The notes under the pieces were generated by a model, which worked only from the letters and a program-made list of their open reading frames with translations, made no database searches and was not told the origin of the DNA. This document shows positions 1 to 12,789 of a stretch of 56,000 nt of DNA, piece after piece. Position 1 is the first letter of the stretch, and every line of letters begins with the position of its first letter. Position numbers and translations under genes: made by a program. The stretch spans positions 434,001 to 490,000 of the forward strand of contig JASTWF010000356.1 of assembly GCA_030390025.1 (NCBI GenBank), written 5' to 3'. This DNA comes from Squalus acanthias. Lineage: Eukaryota.

Positions 1-150
1 GTCACTGTTTTCCAGGTGCTATGCTATTACATCTTTTATAATGGACTCTAGCATTTTCCCCACTACCGATGTCAGACTTACTGGTCTATAATTCCCCGTT
101 TTCTCTCTACCAACGTTTTTAAATAGTGGGGTTACATTAGCTATCCTCCT
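1..150 (-). mobile_element. CR1 LINE ORF2 fragment (runs off window start)
   Basis: Bases 1-111 are the reverse complement, with substitutions, of the CR1 segment at 3673-3783 (NYRPVSLTSVVGKMLESII-type region). Confidence 0.85.
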
Positions 151-151
151 C

Positions 152-2470
152 TTTGTCAACTCTTGGACACCAACGCCCCTTCGGAACCTTCTTCCCCTTC
201 AATTTCTTCTGACCCCAACCCTTCTCCCAATCTCACCTCCTGCCGTGTTTTCACTATCCCCTCTGACCTTCCGCTCATTGACCCCGAACGATCAGTCCTC
301 AGCAAAGGCCTGAGCTTCATCCCATTACGCCCCCATCTCAATGAATTTCGACCTCGGCTCGATGCTGAGCTATTTTAACGCAGCCTTTGTCTCCGTACCC
401 ACTTCTTTGGCCAGAAGTCTACCCCCCTCACAGTGGACCCTTTCTCCCGCTTCCACAATTCCCGTTCTACCTGGACCCCTCCCTCTGGAATCTTCACCTC
501 TCCAGATATTTTCATTGCAAACTGCGGGCGTAACATCGGCCGTATCAATTTCTGATCCCCTCACTCACTGCAAACTACCTAGCTGTCAACTTCATAGTCC
601 CCAAACCCCGCACAGCCCGCTTATCCATCCTTCCTACGATCCACAAACAGGGCTTCTCTGGTAGACTCATCGTTTCAGCCTGTTCTTGCAGCACGGAACT
701 GATTTCTTCCTATCTCGATTCTATTTTTTCTCCCATTGTCCAGTCTCTTCCCACCTACATTCGCGACTCTTCCAATGCCCTCCGCCACTTTAACAGTTTC
801 CAGTTTCCCGGCCCCAACCGTCTCTTATTCACTATGAACGTACAATCCCTCTACACCTCCATCCCCCACCAGGATGTCCTGAGGGTGCTCCGCTTCTTCC
901 TTGAACAGAGGCCCAACCAGTCCCCATCCACCACCACACTCCTCCGGCTGGCTGAACTTGTTCTCACATTGAACCAATTCTCCTTTGATTCTATTCACTT
1001 CCTCCAAATTAAAGGTGTTACTATGGGAACCTGAATGGGTCCTAGCTATGCCTGCCTTTTCGTGGGATATGTGGAGCATTCTTTGTTCCAGTCTTATTCA
1101 GGTACAGTCCCTCACCGCTTTTTCAGGTGCATCGATGACTGTTTTAGTGTCGTTTCCTGCTCTCGCCCTGAACTAGAAAATGTAATACACTTTGTTTCCA
1201 ATTTCCACCCTTCCCTCGCCCTCACATCGTCCATCTCGGACTCTTCCCTTTCCTTCCTTGACTTCTCTAGTCTCCATATCGACAAACATCAACTACAAGC
1301 CCACTAACTCCCACCGCTACGTGGACTACACTTCCTCCAACCCCGCTTCCTGGAAAGACTCTATTCCATTCTCCCAGTTTCTCCAACTCCGCCGCATCTG
1401 CTCTGACGATGCCACCTTCCATACCAGTGCTTCCAACATGTCTTTCTTTTTCCTCAACCGAGGATTTCCCTCTACCGTGGTTGACACGGCCATTGACCAT
1501 GTCCATTCTATCTCCCGCACTTCTGCTCTCAATCCTTCTTCCTCCCAAAACCACGATATGGTTCTCCCTTGTCCTCACCTTTCACCTCCACATTAAATGG
1601 ATGATTCTCCGCCATTTCCGCCATATCCAGCGTGATTCTACCACCAAACACATCTTCGCCTTCCCTCCACTTTCAGCAATCAGAAGGGACCGCTCCCTCC
1701 GCGACATCCTGGTCCACTCTTCAGTCACCCACAACAGACCCTCCCCTCCCCACGGCACCTTCCCGTCCAAGCACAGGAGATTCAACACCTGCCCTTTTAA
1801 CTCCTCCCGTCCCAACGTCCAGAGCCCCAAACACGCCTTACAGGTGAAACAGCAATTTACTTGACTTGTTGGAAATTGCTATACTTTATTACCTGTTCAC
1901 GATGTGGTCTCCTCTATAATGTGGAGACCAAACGCAGATTGCGTAACCGCTTTGCAGAACACCTCCGTTCAGTCTGTGAGGGCGACCCTGAGCTTCCGGT
2001 TGCTTGTCACTTTAATTCTCCGCTCCACGCCCACTCTGACCTCTCTGTCCTCGGCTGATTAAACTGTTCCAATGAAGCTCAACGCAAGCTCGAGGAACAG
2101 CACCTCATCTTTCGATTAGGCACTTTACAGCCTTCTGGACTCAACACTGAGTTCAACAATTTCAGGCTATAACCCATGTCCCTATTTTTACAGGTGGCAG
2201 CTTTTGATCATTCCGCCATTCCCATTTGAAACATTTAATCTGTCCTGCCTTCAATCCTAGCACGGACCTTCCCGTTAGTTCCTTCCGTCACTTCCCCCCA
2301 CTTTCCCTGCCCTGCACCTGCTTAAAACCTGTTACATCTCCAACTTTTACCAGTTCTGACGAAGGGTCACAGACCTGAATCTGTTTTTCCACGGATTCTG
2401 CCTGACCTGCTGAGTGTTTCCAACATTCTCTCCTGTTATTTCAGATTTCCAGCATCCGCAGTATTTGCTA
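152..2470 (+). mobile_element. Penelope-like retroelement, decayed (RT + GIY-YIG endonuclease + 3' tail)
   Basis: Broken ORFs read VQSLYTSIPH, KGVTMGT*MGPSYACLF, FFRCIDDCF (RT) and YFITCSRCGLLYNVETKRRLRNRFAEH (GIY-YIG with CxxC). Stops and frameshifts throughout. Confidence 0.9.
2352..2385 (+). ncRNA. Degenerate minimal hammerhead ribozyme motif in Penelope tail
   Basis: AGTT-CTGACGA-AGGGTC-ACA-GACCT-GAAT. The ACGTTAAC segment seen in the other copies is deleted. Confidence 0.5.
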
Positions 2471-3128
2471 TTGTACTGAGGAGAGCTAACCTCACCGCCT
2501 TCTTCGGAAGTTTAACCCCTTTATTCACTTTCTTATTTGTGCTCCGTTTGGAATTAGAGTTTATTTTATTTAATTGTTGCATGTTTAACGACAACATTGA
2601 AGAGGGAAAGAGAAACTTGGAGCAACTTATTCTGTCAAAGCTGCAATGAGACTAGAAAGAGATTTAAGATTTAAATGAATTTTCTCCAAAATTAAAAGTT
2701 AAAAACACTTTTGTCCCCCTACGTTTCGAATATGATATTGGGAGAAACAAGCAAAAATCAATGTTCCCCTCATCTAAACAAGTGTCAAGCGGATCTTGAA
2801 GTCCGAACACTTTTAAGCAGGCTCTGAATGGCTTAAAACATTTTAACATTGAAATTTCTCAACATTTGATTTTGAACGAACGACTGAATTGAGTAGCTTC
2901 ACGCAAACATGCAACCATGCTGTTGCAGTGCGGAAGAGCAGGGGAGGATTTGGAGGAGTTGCTTATTACATTTTATTGACTTTAAAAAAATATAATTGAG
3001 CCGTTTAGGAAGAGAACCAAAAAAAGGGGAAAACAGAAACAATTTTATTTTACATAATATAAAAAACAGAAAATGCTGGAAATACTCAGCAGGCCAGGCA
3101 GCATCCGTGGCGAGAGAGAGAGAAACAG

Positions 3129-3165
3129 AGTTAATGTTTCAGGTCTGTGTCCTTTCGTCAGAACT
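3129..3165 (-). ncRNA. Minimal type I hammerhead ribozyme motif
   Basis: Minus strand reads AGTT CTGACGA A AGGAC ACA GACCT GAAA CA TT AACT. Core boxes intact, stem I AGTT/AACT. Confidence 0.6.
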
Positions 3166-3328
3166 GGAAAATGTTAGAAATGTAACAGATTTTAACCAGG
3201 TACAGAGACAGGGAAAGGCGGGAGCGGAGGAAGGGACGCAAGGGATGGCCTGTGATATGGGGGAAGGCAGGAGTGGTTAAACCGGCCTCTGTACCTGGTT
3301 AAAATCTGTTACATCTCTAACTATTTCC

Positions 3329-3365
3329 AGTTTGGACGAAAGGACACAGACCTGAAACGTTAACT
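3329..3365 (+). ncRNA. Minimal hammerhead motif with mutated CUGA box
   Basis: AGTT TGGACGA A AGGAC ACA GACCT GAAA CG TT AACT. Confidence 0.5.
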
Positions 3366-3672
3366 TTGTTTCTCTCTCTCTCTCCAAGGAATAACGTAAC
3401 TACAGATTTGCTCTTAAATGTTTAGTGGAGTGTTAATAGAAACAAGATCTCTGTACTTAAGTATGAAAAATGCAGGAAGCTACACAGCTGAGAAAGACAC
3501 ACAAAATACTTTGATTAAACTGGTAATGCACAATTTCTATTGGCTTAAAATGTTTAAATTAGGAGATTGAAAATTGAGAGCACAATGAAGTTTGTTTCCT
3601 GCTATTTAATTGGGAAGTACCTAAAATAATTCAACACTTTCGTGATAAGAGCAGGGACTATTCAAAAAGTGT

Positions 3673-5101
3673 GGTAGAGAGAAAGCAGGGAATTACAGAA
3701 CGGTAAGCCTGGCATCGGTAGTGGGGAAAATGCTAGAGTCCATTATAAAGGATCTAATAGCTGAGCATTTGAAAAACAGTGACAGGATCGGACAAAGTCA
3801 ACATGGATTTACAAAAGGAAAATCGTGCTTGACTAATCTACTGGAATTTTTTGCGGATGTAACTGGGAAAATAGATAAGGGAGAACCAGTAGATGTGGTG
3901 TATTTGGACTTTCAAAAGGCTTTCGATAAAGTCCCGCAGAAGAGATTAGCGGGTAAAGTTAAGGCACATGGGATTGGGGGCAAGGTATTGACTTGGATAG
4001 AGAACTGGTTGGCGGACAGAAAGCAGAGAGTAGGAATTAATGGGTCTTTTTCCGAGTGGCATGCAGTGACGAGTGGGGTTCCGCAGGGATCGGCCCTTGG
4101 ACCCCAGCTATTCACAATATACATTAATGATTTAGATAAGGGAATTAAATGTAATATCTCCACGTTTGCAGATGACACAAAGCTGGGTGGGAGTGTGTGC
4201 TGCGAGGAGGATACCGAGAAACTCCAGGATGATCTGGACAGGTTGGGTGAGTGGGCAGAAGCGTGGCAGATGCAATATAACGTGGATAAGTGCGAGGTTA
4301 TCCACTTTGGTGTCAAAACAGAAAGGCAGACTATTATCTGAATGGCAATAGATTGAGAGAAGGGGAAGTGCAACGAGACCTGGGTGTCCTTGTGCACCAG
4401 TCGCTGAAAGTAAGCATGCAGGTGCAGCAGGCGGTGAAGAAGGCAAGTGGTATTTTGGCATTCATAGCGAAAGGGTTTGAGTATAGGAACAGGGATGTCC
4501 TGCTGCAGTTGTACAGGGCCTTGGTGAGACGACACCTTGAGTACTGTGTGCAGTTTTGGTCGCCTTATCTGAGGAAGGATGTTCTTGCCATGGAAGGAGT
4601 TCAGCGAAGATTCACAAGGCTGATACCTGGGATGGCAGGAATGACAATGAGGAGATATTGGGTCGATTGGGCTTATACTCACTGGAGTATAGAAGAATGA
4701 AAGGGGATCTCATCGAAACATATACAATTCTGACAGGTCTGGACAAACTAGATGCAGGAAGAATGTTCCCGATGGTCGGAGAGTCCAGAACCAGGGGTCA
4801 TAATCTACGGATAACGGGTAAACCATTTAGGACAGAAATGATGAAGAATTTCTTCACCCAGAGATTGGTGAACCTGTGGAATTCTCTACCACAGAAGGTA
4901 GTTGAGGCGAAGTCATTAAATATATTCAACTTTGAGTTAGATATATTTCTTAAAGCTAAAGGTATCAAGGGATATGGGGAGAAGACAGGTACAGGGTACT
5001 GAGTTTAGATGATCAGCCATGATCTCATCGAATGGCGGAGCAGGCTCGAGGGGCGTAATGGTCTACTCCTGCTCCTATCTTCTATGTTTCTATGTCTATG
5101 A
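3673..5101 (+). mobile_element. CR1 LINE, 5'-truncated (RT domain to 3' tail)
   Basis: QHGF, YLDFQKAFDKV, GVPQGS, FADDTK motifs in frameshifted ORFs 3721-5002. Ends in a (TTCTATGT)n tail. Confidence 0.95.
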
Positions 5102-5849
5102 TATTAATATTGTGGCGAATGTTTGAGAGAAAAAACATTTGAAGCGAAATTTGTAAATTAACATCTTTACATCAACATATTAGGAAATATTTCCAAGTCA
5201 GTCTGATTGGTTCTCTTGACCAGGAAGAATGATAAATATTTATTTCTGTTAAATCAAAACTTTTTCTGCTTCTTGTTTTTAATTCAGTGAAACAAATTGT
5301 GTGTGTGTTTTTCTGCACTTGTGATTAATTGCTGCATTTTTGACATGCTCCATGTGGGGTGTGCTGGTTCAACAAGATCACGTTTATTAATGGAAGCGAT
5401 TGAAGTTGGAAATAGGGAAAGCCGTTTTTGTTCAATTCTTTTTAATACATTGAACTAAAGAACTACAGCACTTTATATTTTGTGTTTGTGCGGTTGCATT
5501 GTGATTAATATTCTGATTATATATCTGGATGTACAGCACGTCAGCGCCATAGGGAAGCCGGTGCTCCTGCTGCTTTGCAGCCATTGCTATACTGACATGG
5601 GGGGTGGGCTAATACTTTGAAAACTTTAAAATTAATACAACTTGCACGAATAGATATGCTTCATTCAGCTGAACTTGGGCTTTTGGATTGTTTATCGATG
5701 CATAACCGTATAACTGAGTGACGTTTCTGAAGTATTAATTCATTATTCTGCAGTTCTTTTATATCCCAGATATTTCTGACAAGTATTTATTTAAATAGAG
5801 TTTGTTCATGACGACCTAAAAGCTTTTAATTAATTCTACCGTAAACAAA

Positions 5850-6125
5850 GTTACAGAATGGGTATATAATGACAAATGAATTTCAATATGGGTAAGTTTG
5901 AGGTGTTGCATTTTGGTAGCAGGAATAAGGACCCCAGCTACTCCTTGTAAAATAAGAGTCTAAATGGGGTAGAGGTGCAAAGTGATCTAGGGGTATACAT
6001 TCAAAAATCATCAGACGTAGCAACGCAGGTTAAAAAATGCCATACATGTGCAAATAAGGCACGGGTTCATTTCGAGAGGAATAGATTTCAAAAACAGTGA
6101 AGTTATGTTAAACGTGCAGAACTTT
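5850..6125 (+). mobile_element. Old CR1 fragment
   Basis: Degenerate WQM.FN..KCEVLHFG and DLGV coding remnants. Confidence 0.65.
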
Positions 6126-6318
6126 GTCTGATTGTCTCATGATTTGAGATGGTGGGGTGGCAAAATCTCAATACCGCATATATGATTTTAACTGGTTGTT
6201 GTTGCTGTCGTTGTTGTTAAAGTTGCTTTTATCAAAGAGTTCTAAAATTTGTTGTTCACGAAAAGGTCGCGCTCAAAGGAGTTCGTGGCCGTTCAGTACA
6301 AAAAAATCGAGAGAACAT

Positions 6319-6627
6319 TGGTGGGTGGAGCTGAGGATATTAGTTGGGGTGGGGAGGAGCTGAGGATATCAGGTAGGGTGGTGGAGCTGAGGATATTAGG
6401 TGGGGTGGGGAGGAGCTGAGGATATTTAGTGTGGTGGGGTGGAGCTGAGGATAATAGGTGGGGTGGGGAGGAGCTGAGGATATTAGGTGTGGTGGGGTGG
6501 AGCTGAGGATATGAGGTGGGGTGGGGGGAGCTGAGGATGTTAGGTGGGGTGGGGAGGTGCTGTGGACATTAGGTGGGGTGGGGAGGAGCTGAGTATATTA
6601 GGTGGAGTGGGGAGGAGTTTAGGATGT
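6319..6627 (+). repeat. 29-bp G-rich minisatellite, about 10-11 copies
   Basis: Unit GGAGCTGAGGATATTAGGTGGGGTGGGGA. GCTGAGGA recurs at 6330, 6359, 6386, 6415, 6444, 6473, 6502. Confidence 0.95.
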
Positions 6628-6934
6628 TCGATGCTTAAATAGATATCGAAAATCATAAAGTAAGGCTGAAGCATACAGGAGAGCAATTCTGTTGTTTGAA
6701 ATAAATAATATCTTCATCAACTTCTTCGAAAATCAGTAATACAAAGTGACAAGCCAGGAATTTACTCTGCAATAAATCCTCAGATTTTCCGATAAAATTC
6801 CAAAACCACACACAGTTGTAGATGGTTGCCTTTATTTATTACTATTGCTTTTTATTCAATAAACTGATACTTTGCTTCAAATATTGAAGATACATTTCTC
6901 TACATGACATTTCACAATAGGCATTAGAAAACAT

Positions 6935-7420
6935 ACATCGCTGAATGCGAGGTGATGCACTTTGGTAGGAAAATATAAACATCCTGAGGGTAGTGCGCTT
7001 GGTGTTGTGTATATGGATTTTCAAAAGGCATTTGACAATGTACCACGTGACATTGCTGGTCATAAAATTGTAGCCCATGGGACTAATTGGACAGGGCAGC
7101 ATGGATACCAAATTGGCTAAGGGTCAGAAAGCAGAGAGTAGGGGTAAACGGTTGTTTTTTCAGACTGGAGGGAAGTGTACAGTGGTGTTCCCCAAGGGTT
7201 GCTATTAGGACTAGTGCTCTCTTTGATATATTTTAATGACCTAGAGTTGGGTGTACAGGGCATCGAAACTCGGAAATGTAGTACAAAATGAGGAAGATAG
7301 TAACAGACTTCAGGAGAACGTAGACTGACTGGTCAAAATGAGAGCATAATAAATAGGAGCAGGAGTAGGCCATTCGGCCCTTCGATCCTGCTCCACCCTT
7401 CAATACGATCATGGCTGACC
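6935..7420. mobile_element. CR1 fragments (plus-strand RT pieces, then a minus-strand 3' tail at about 7340-7420)
   Basis: MDFQKAFD and SGVPQG remnants, followed by the ATAGGAGCAGGAGTAGGCCATTCGGCCC tail. Confidence 0.75.
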
Positions 7421-7739
7421 TTCCGTAGAAAGTCATTCATACAACACCTTCTAACTGATCCTCATTCCTGCATATACAGTTATCTCCTTACTCAGTTTAC
7501 TGGAATATTTTGTCTTAACATAATACAATATCGTTGGAGATGAAAGTACGACCCTAAATGACAAGCAAATTTGGCTGTGTCATGACTCTTATAAAATGTT
7601 CCTCAGGCTGGAGGGTCTGAGAACTTCAGAAAAGTCCCTGACATGATTTTACACTTCTCTGATGGTGTTTCTTTCAGAATCCAATCCCTTTGCTTACAGC
7701 ACAACCCGAACTATGATTCAATTAGGCAGACACTTGGTA

Positions 7740-8535
7740 GATTCGATTCAACACAGAGAATTGTGAAGTGAAAAATGAAAGAGAGGCAATGTGGACAAAA
7801 TTATACAATTTTAAAGGGAGTGCAGAACAGTGAGACCTCGGCACGTATGTAAACAAATCTTAGAAAGCGGCCGAATCAGTTGAGATATTTGATAATAAGG
7901 CAGACGGGATCCTTTGCTTTATTTATAATCAGCAGAATACAAAGAAAGGAAGTTATGCTAAAACTTTAATAAGCACTGATTAGACTTCATGTGGAGTATT
8001 GTGTCCAATTCTGGGCACCGCACTTCAGGAGAATGTCAAGGCCTTGGAGCGTGTGCAGAAGAGATTTACCAGAGTGGTACCAGGGATAAGGGACTTCAGT
8101 TATGTGGAGAGACTGGAGAAGCTGGGATTGTTCTGATTTGAGCAGAGAAAGTTAAGAGGAGATTTGCCAGAGGTGTTCAAAAGCCTAAATAGATTTAATA
8201 GCGTAATTAAGAAGCAACTGTTTCCAGTGGCAATGGGGTCGGTAACCACAGGACAGAGAATTAATGTGATTGGCAAAAGAAGCAGAGACTACAGGAGGAG
8301 GATTTTGTTTTATACAGCGAGTTGTTATGATCCGGAATGCACTGTCTGAAAGGGCGGTGGAAGCAGATTCAATAGTAACTTTCAAATGGGATTTTGAAAA
8401 AATACTTGAAGTATAATAACATACTGGGGAAAGAGCAGTGGAGTGGGATTAATTGGACAGCTCTACCAAAGAACCGGCACAGGTACGGTGGGCCGAATGG
8501 CCTCCTTCAGTGCTGTATCATTCTATGATTCTATA
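7740..8535 (+). mobile_element. CR1 3' part, decayed
   Basis: EYCVQFWAPH and LERVQKRFT remnants. Tail GGCCGAATGGCCTCCTTC...TTCTATGATTCTAT. Confidence 0.85.
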
Positions 8536-8689
8536 ATCACCGATACCTTAGAAAATAAGAAACTGAACATGGCAGAAGAGCAAATTGCTCTAGGGCTACA
8601 GGTGAACAAATAATTAAAAGCAGTATCACAAGACAGCAAAGCAATTAAAATGCTAACAATGAATTGGGGCTTATTTCTAAGTCGATAGA

Positions 8690-9710
8690 ATTCAAAAGAA
8701 GTGAAGTTGGCCAATGGTGGGAAGTGGTGTTTCACAAGGATCGGTGCTGGGAACACTTTTGTTCACCATTTACTTAAACAACTCGGACTCAGGAATCGGA
8801 AGTGCAATTTCAAACAATGTGGATGCCAACCAAATGGGGGTTTCTACTTAATACAGAGGAGGACTGCGACACAATCCAGGAAGACATTATTAAACAGGCA
8901 GAATGGGCGTGTAACTGCCAAATGAAACTCAATATAGAGAAATGTGAGGTAGTTCATTTTAATAGGAATATTACAGAGTTCACAGACTCCCTGGAAAACA
9001 TAAAATCTAATCGCGTTTGAGTGACAGAGGGGTGTGAGGGTACAGTTATATAAATCACTAACTGTTGCAATGCAGGTTGATAAGGCCACAAAAACATAGA
9101 AAGCACTGGGGTTCATTTCTAGAGGGATAGAATTGTAAAGAATAGAATTAATGTTAAACTTGTATGGAACCTTGGTTAAAACACACTTAGTGTATTGTGA
9201 ACATGGTCTCCATCTTATAAAAAGTACACAGAGGGACTGGTGAAGGTACAAACAGTATTTATTAGAATGATACCAGAACTGAGAGGGTTTACCTGTCAGG
9301 AAAGTCTGAACAGGCTGGTGCTCTTTTCTTTAGGAAAGTGAAGACTGAGGGATAATCAGATAGAGTTCTTTGAGATTATGAAAGGGTTTCAAAGGTTAGA
9401 TTAGAGAAGATGTTCCCACTTCCAGGCGAGACCAGAATTTGGGGTTATAGATTTAATATAGTCATTAATAAATCTAATAGGGGAATTCAGGAGAAACCTT
9501 TTTACCAAATGAGTGGTCAGAATGTGGAACTCGCGACCACAAGGAGCAGTTGATGCGAATAGCATAGACACATTTAAAGGGGGAAAGGAATAGAACGATA
9601 TTTTTTACTTTGTTACATGAAGGAGGGTGGGTGGAGGCTCGTGTGGAGCATGGACACCAACATGGACATTTTGACTCGAATGGCCTGTCTCTGTCCTGTA
9701 AATACTTTGT
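8690..9710 (+). mobile_element. Old CR1 3' part
   Basis: PQGSVLG, DAN/DTKLG, KCEVVHF remnants and a CR1-type 3' end. Confidence 0.75.
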
Positions 9711-9831
9711 AAATTGTATTAAACATGTATAGGACCCGGGTCACGTTACACTTAGAGAACTGTGCATAGTTATGGTCTCCATAATATAAAAAGGACATAG
9801 AAAAAGTGGAGAAAGTGCAAAAAATACTCAC

Positions 9832-10650
9832 AAGCAACTTGTATTTATATAGCGCCTTTAACATAGTAAAATGACCCAAGCGATTCACGGGAGCGTTATT
9901 GAACAACACCTGACCGTGAGCCACATAAGGAGACATTAGGAAATATAACCAAAAGCTGAGTCAAATAGGTAATTTTTCAGCAGCATCTTAAAGGAGGAGG
10001 GAGATTTTGAGAAGCAGAGAGATGTAGGGAGGGGATTCCTGAGCTTAGGGCCCAGGCAGCTGAAAGCACAGCCGCCAATGGTGGAGCAGTTAAAACCAGG
10101 GATGTGTAAGAGGTCAGAATTAGAGGAGCACAGAGATCTCGGGTGTGTAGACGGGCTGGTGGAGCTTGCAGAGGTAGGGAGGGCGAGGCCATGTAGGGAT
10201 TTGAAAGCAAGGATGATCATTTTAAAATTGAGGCATTGCCGGAACGGGAGTCAATGTAGGTCAGCGAGCACAGGGGTGGTGGTTTACCGGGATTTAGTGT
10301 GGGTTAGGTTACGGGAAGCAGATCTTTGGATGAGCTCAAGTTATGGAGGGTGGGAGATGGGAAGCCGTCCAGGAGAGACTTGTTGTTATCAAGTCTAGAG
10401 CTTCCAAAGGCTTGGATGTTGGTTTGAGCAGCAGATGAGCTGAGGCAGGGGCGAAGTTCGGCGATGTTATGGAGGTGGAAGTAAGCCGCCCTGGAGATGG
10501 AGTGAAATCTGTTCGGAAGACATCCGGTGATCAAATACGACACCAAGGTTGCAAACAGTAAACTGGTGCTGAGGAGAGGGAAGGAGTTGGTGGCTTTGCA
10601 ACGGAGTTTGTGAAGGGGGCCAATAGCTTCGGTCTTACAAATATTTAGTT
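9832..10650 (-). mobile_element. L2-clade LINE 3' part, nested in an old CR1 (9715-9831 + 10651-11125)
   Basis: Minus-strand remnants AYFHLHNIAELRPCLS, SRLDN, FKSLHGLA, GGCAFSCLGPKL. L2 tail GGCGCTATATAAATACAAGTTG. Confidence 0.85.
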
Positions 10651-11125
10651 GGATGGCACCAGAACTGAAAGATTGCAGCTATCGGGAAAGATTGAACAGT
10701 TTGGGCCTTTCTGCTATAGAAGAGAGAGGACTTAGATGAGGGCTGATAGAGATCTTGAAAATTATGAATGGGTTGGACAGGGTAGATGTGGAGATAATGT
10801 TTACATTTGTGGGAGAATGCAACTCTTGGGGTTATAAATACAAGATAGTTAACAATAAATTCAATAGGGAAATAAGGAGCAATTTCTTTACTCAGAGATT
10901 GGATAGAATGTGGACCTCACTAACACAGGAAGTGGTTGAGGAAAATAGTTTAGATTCAACAGAATGAAACTAGACGGGTAAAGGCTAGAAAGGGGAATAG
11001 AAAGATATTCTGAAAGGCTGAGATGAGGAAGATGCAATGAGAGGAGACTGGTGTGGAGCATAAACACCAGCACAGACTGATTGGGCCGAATGGCCTGTTT
11101 GTGTGCCGTATATTCCAGGTAATAT
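10651..11125 (+). mobile_element. Old CR1 3' end
   Basis: KIMNGLDRVD and RSNFFTQR remnants, tail GGGCCGAATGGCCTGTTT. Confidence 0.75.
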
Positions 11126-11456
11126 TATCCTCTGAACTGCAGCTCAGCTCTGTCTGCCTACCTATTGACCAGGCTCTTACACTGGAAGCTGCGAATGAAT
11201 TGCTGCACTCAATCGCTGAAGGGATTCTTTACAGAAGAGCTCAGAGTGAAATCAGCAAACTAGTGATCCTGTCCCGAAAGACAATGTGGGAAATGTCAGT
11301 CAGGAACAGTGCCGAGTCCTAAACACAGTGTTCGCCCCGCCACTGGCTGTGTCTTCAGATCTCCAGCGATTGCTGGTGTAATTCAGTGGATGGCAGTCTG
11401 GGGCTTAATATTACATTCCTGGGCAGGAAACACTGGGAGCCGCCACTGGGCTGCGC

Positions 11457-12367
11457 TCAGTTTGTCTGATTATTAATGAATTGAATAATTGAGGTAAGCG
11501 GATATTTCACCGCGCTCGTCACCTGCTCTCTGAACTTGGACTGGGTCACCCCATAAATAAATGTGTTTGTGCAACAACTTAAATTCCGCAGCATATATCC
11601 GACTTGTCTAAAGATAAATAAAGAACCAGTGTAATAATAGGGATTTCTTCCTGTAATGATATAATATAAGAACTCTATAACATTCACCAGCCACAGCAGT
11701 ATGAAGCTGGCGGATAAGGTGATGAGTAAAATCATAGACTTCCTTCTGCTCTCCATCTCTGGGTCTCTGCCATTCTCTCCCTTGCTCTCACCCCTCAGTC
11801 CCTTACGGACCCGACTGGCAACTAAAATGTGTCTGACTGTCAGAGCGTTGAGCAACAGTATTATGGCGAATGGGAGCAGTGGGGTTAAAAACGCAAGAAA
11901 CCAGGTAAATCCCACCCACCCAGGCTCAGTAAAATAGTTTGGGATTGGGTAACAGTCCCACGGCACATTGTCAATTATCTCCCCGGGTTGAATTGCAAAG
12001 TAGATGGGAATGTTTCTTAAACAGAGCAGAATGCCAGTTGTTGCCAGAACCACAGACGCAGTTTTCTCGGTGCAATATTTTGTTTTCAGCTTCTGGTAAC
12101 AAATGGCCACAAATCGATCAAAGGTGAAAGTGACGGTGAACCAGACAGAACAGTCTGTGGCTGCATAGGTCAGGACAGTGTGAACACTGCACACAGGGGT
12201 GATGGACAGGAAACTCAGTGGGAAATCATGATAACAGATCTGGTATAGTATGACCTCAGTGACAATGAGCAGGAGATCAGCCGCTGCCATGGCCACCAGG
12301 TAGCGAGTGGTGCAGGTGGAGAGCCCGCACTTTCCCCGGGACAGGATCACAATCGCCAGCAAATTCA
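11457..12367 (-). CDS. GPR139-like class A GPCR, coding exon 2 (end of TM1 through TM7 and stop)
   Basis: Uninterrupted frame with LVAMAAADLL (TM2), FTFDRFVAIC (DRY variant), PLLPF (TM5), FILLW (TM6), CTNTFIY...KFR (TM7/helix 8). Preceded by the pyrimidine tract and acceptor TCTTTTCCATTCTGTGTTTCACAG|TG AAT. Phase 1. Confidence 0.93.
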
Positions 12368-12434
12368 CTGTGAAACACAGAATGGAAAAGAGATTGGAAA
12401 TTACTGATCACACATTCTCCGTGTCTGACAGTAA

Positions 12435-12690
12435 GGGCTGAATTATAACACCCCAAATACCGGCGGTTTGGGGACGGGTCAGAGGTGAAAATTAAAGAAA
12501 AACCTCCCGACCGCAACCCGCCTCCAACACGCCCGCATCCGAGTTTAACGTAGACGGGACAGGGGGCGGGCAGCGAAACGCTCCCAGGAGGCGGGTTGGC
12601 AACTTAAATATTTTAATAAGGCGGGCAGTCTCTGATTAACCTGTTTTACAGGTTTAACTACGGCTGGCCGGGCTTCCTGGGACCCGAGAA
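12435..12690 (+). mobile_element. Probable non-autonomous PIF/Harbinger-like DNA transposon, one end only
   Basis: TAA followed by GGGCTGAATT, then CpG-rich CCCGCC/GGCGGG subterminal motifs. No partner terminus found. Confidence 0.45.
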
Positions 12691-12789
12691 TGATTTCACC
12701 CCCCATCCCACAAGCTCTACCCATCACCAGAGCCCCCCATGGACAGAAACTTGGGGTCGATTTCAGACATCCCCAATGCTGGAGATTGG

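Larger units (their letters stand above)
3058..3385. mobile_element. Penelope 3'-tail fragments in inverted arrangement
   Basis: About 3113-3208 and about 3286-3382 are near-perfect reverse complements, and both match the tail at 2290-2470. Confidence 0.8.

Noticed and set aside
1..3783. Inverted CR1 match between 1-111 and 3673-3783 as a single composite element
   Set aside because: The copies differ at many positions and CR1 is abundant here. Independent insertions are sufficient, and the left copy is cut by the window edge.
11457..12368. Single-exon GPCR starting at the ORF-track 'M'
   Set aside because: That codon is GTG straddling the AG acceptor, and TM1 is incomplete without exon 1.
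12366..12372. RAG heptamer CACAGTG on the minus strand at the exon 2 boundary
   Set aside because: It is simply the acceptor CACAG plus TG. No nonamer at 12 or 23 bp.
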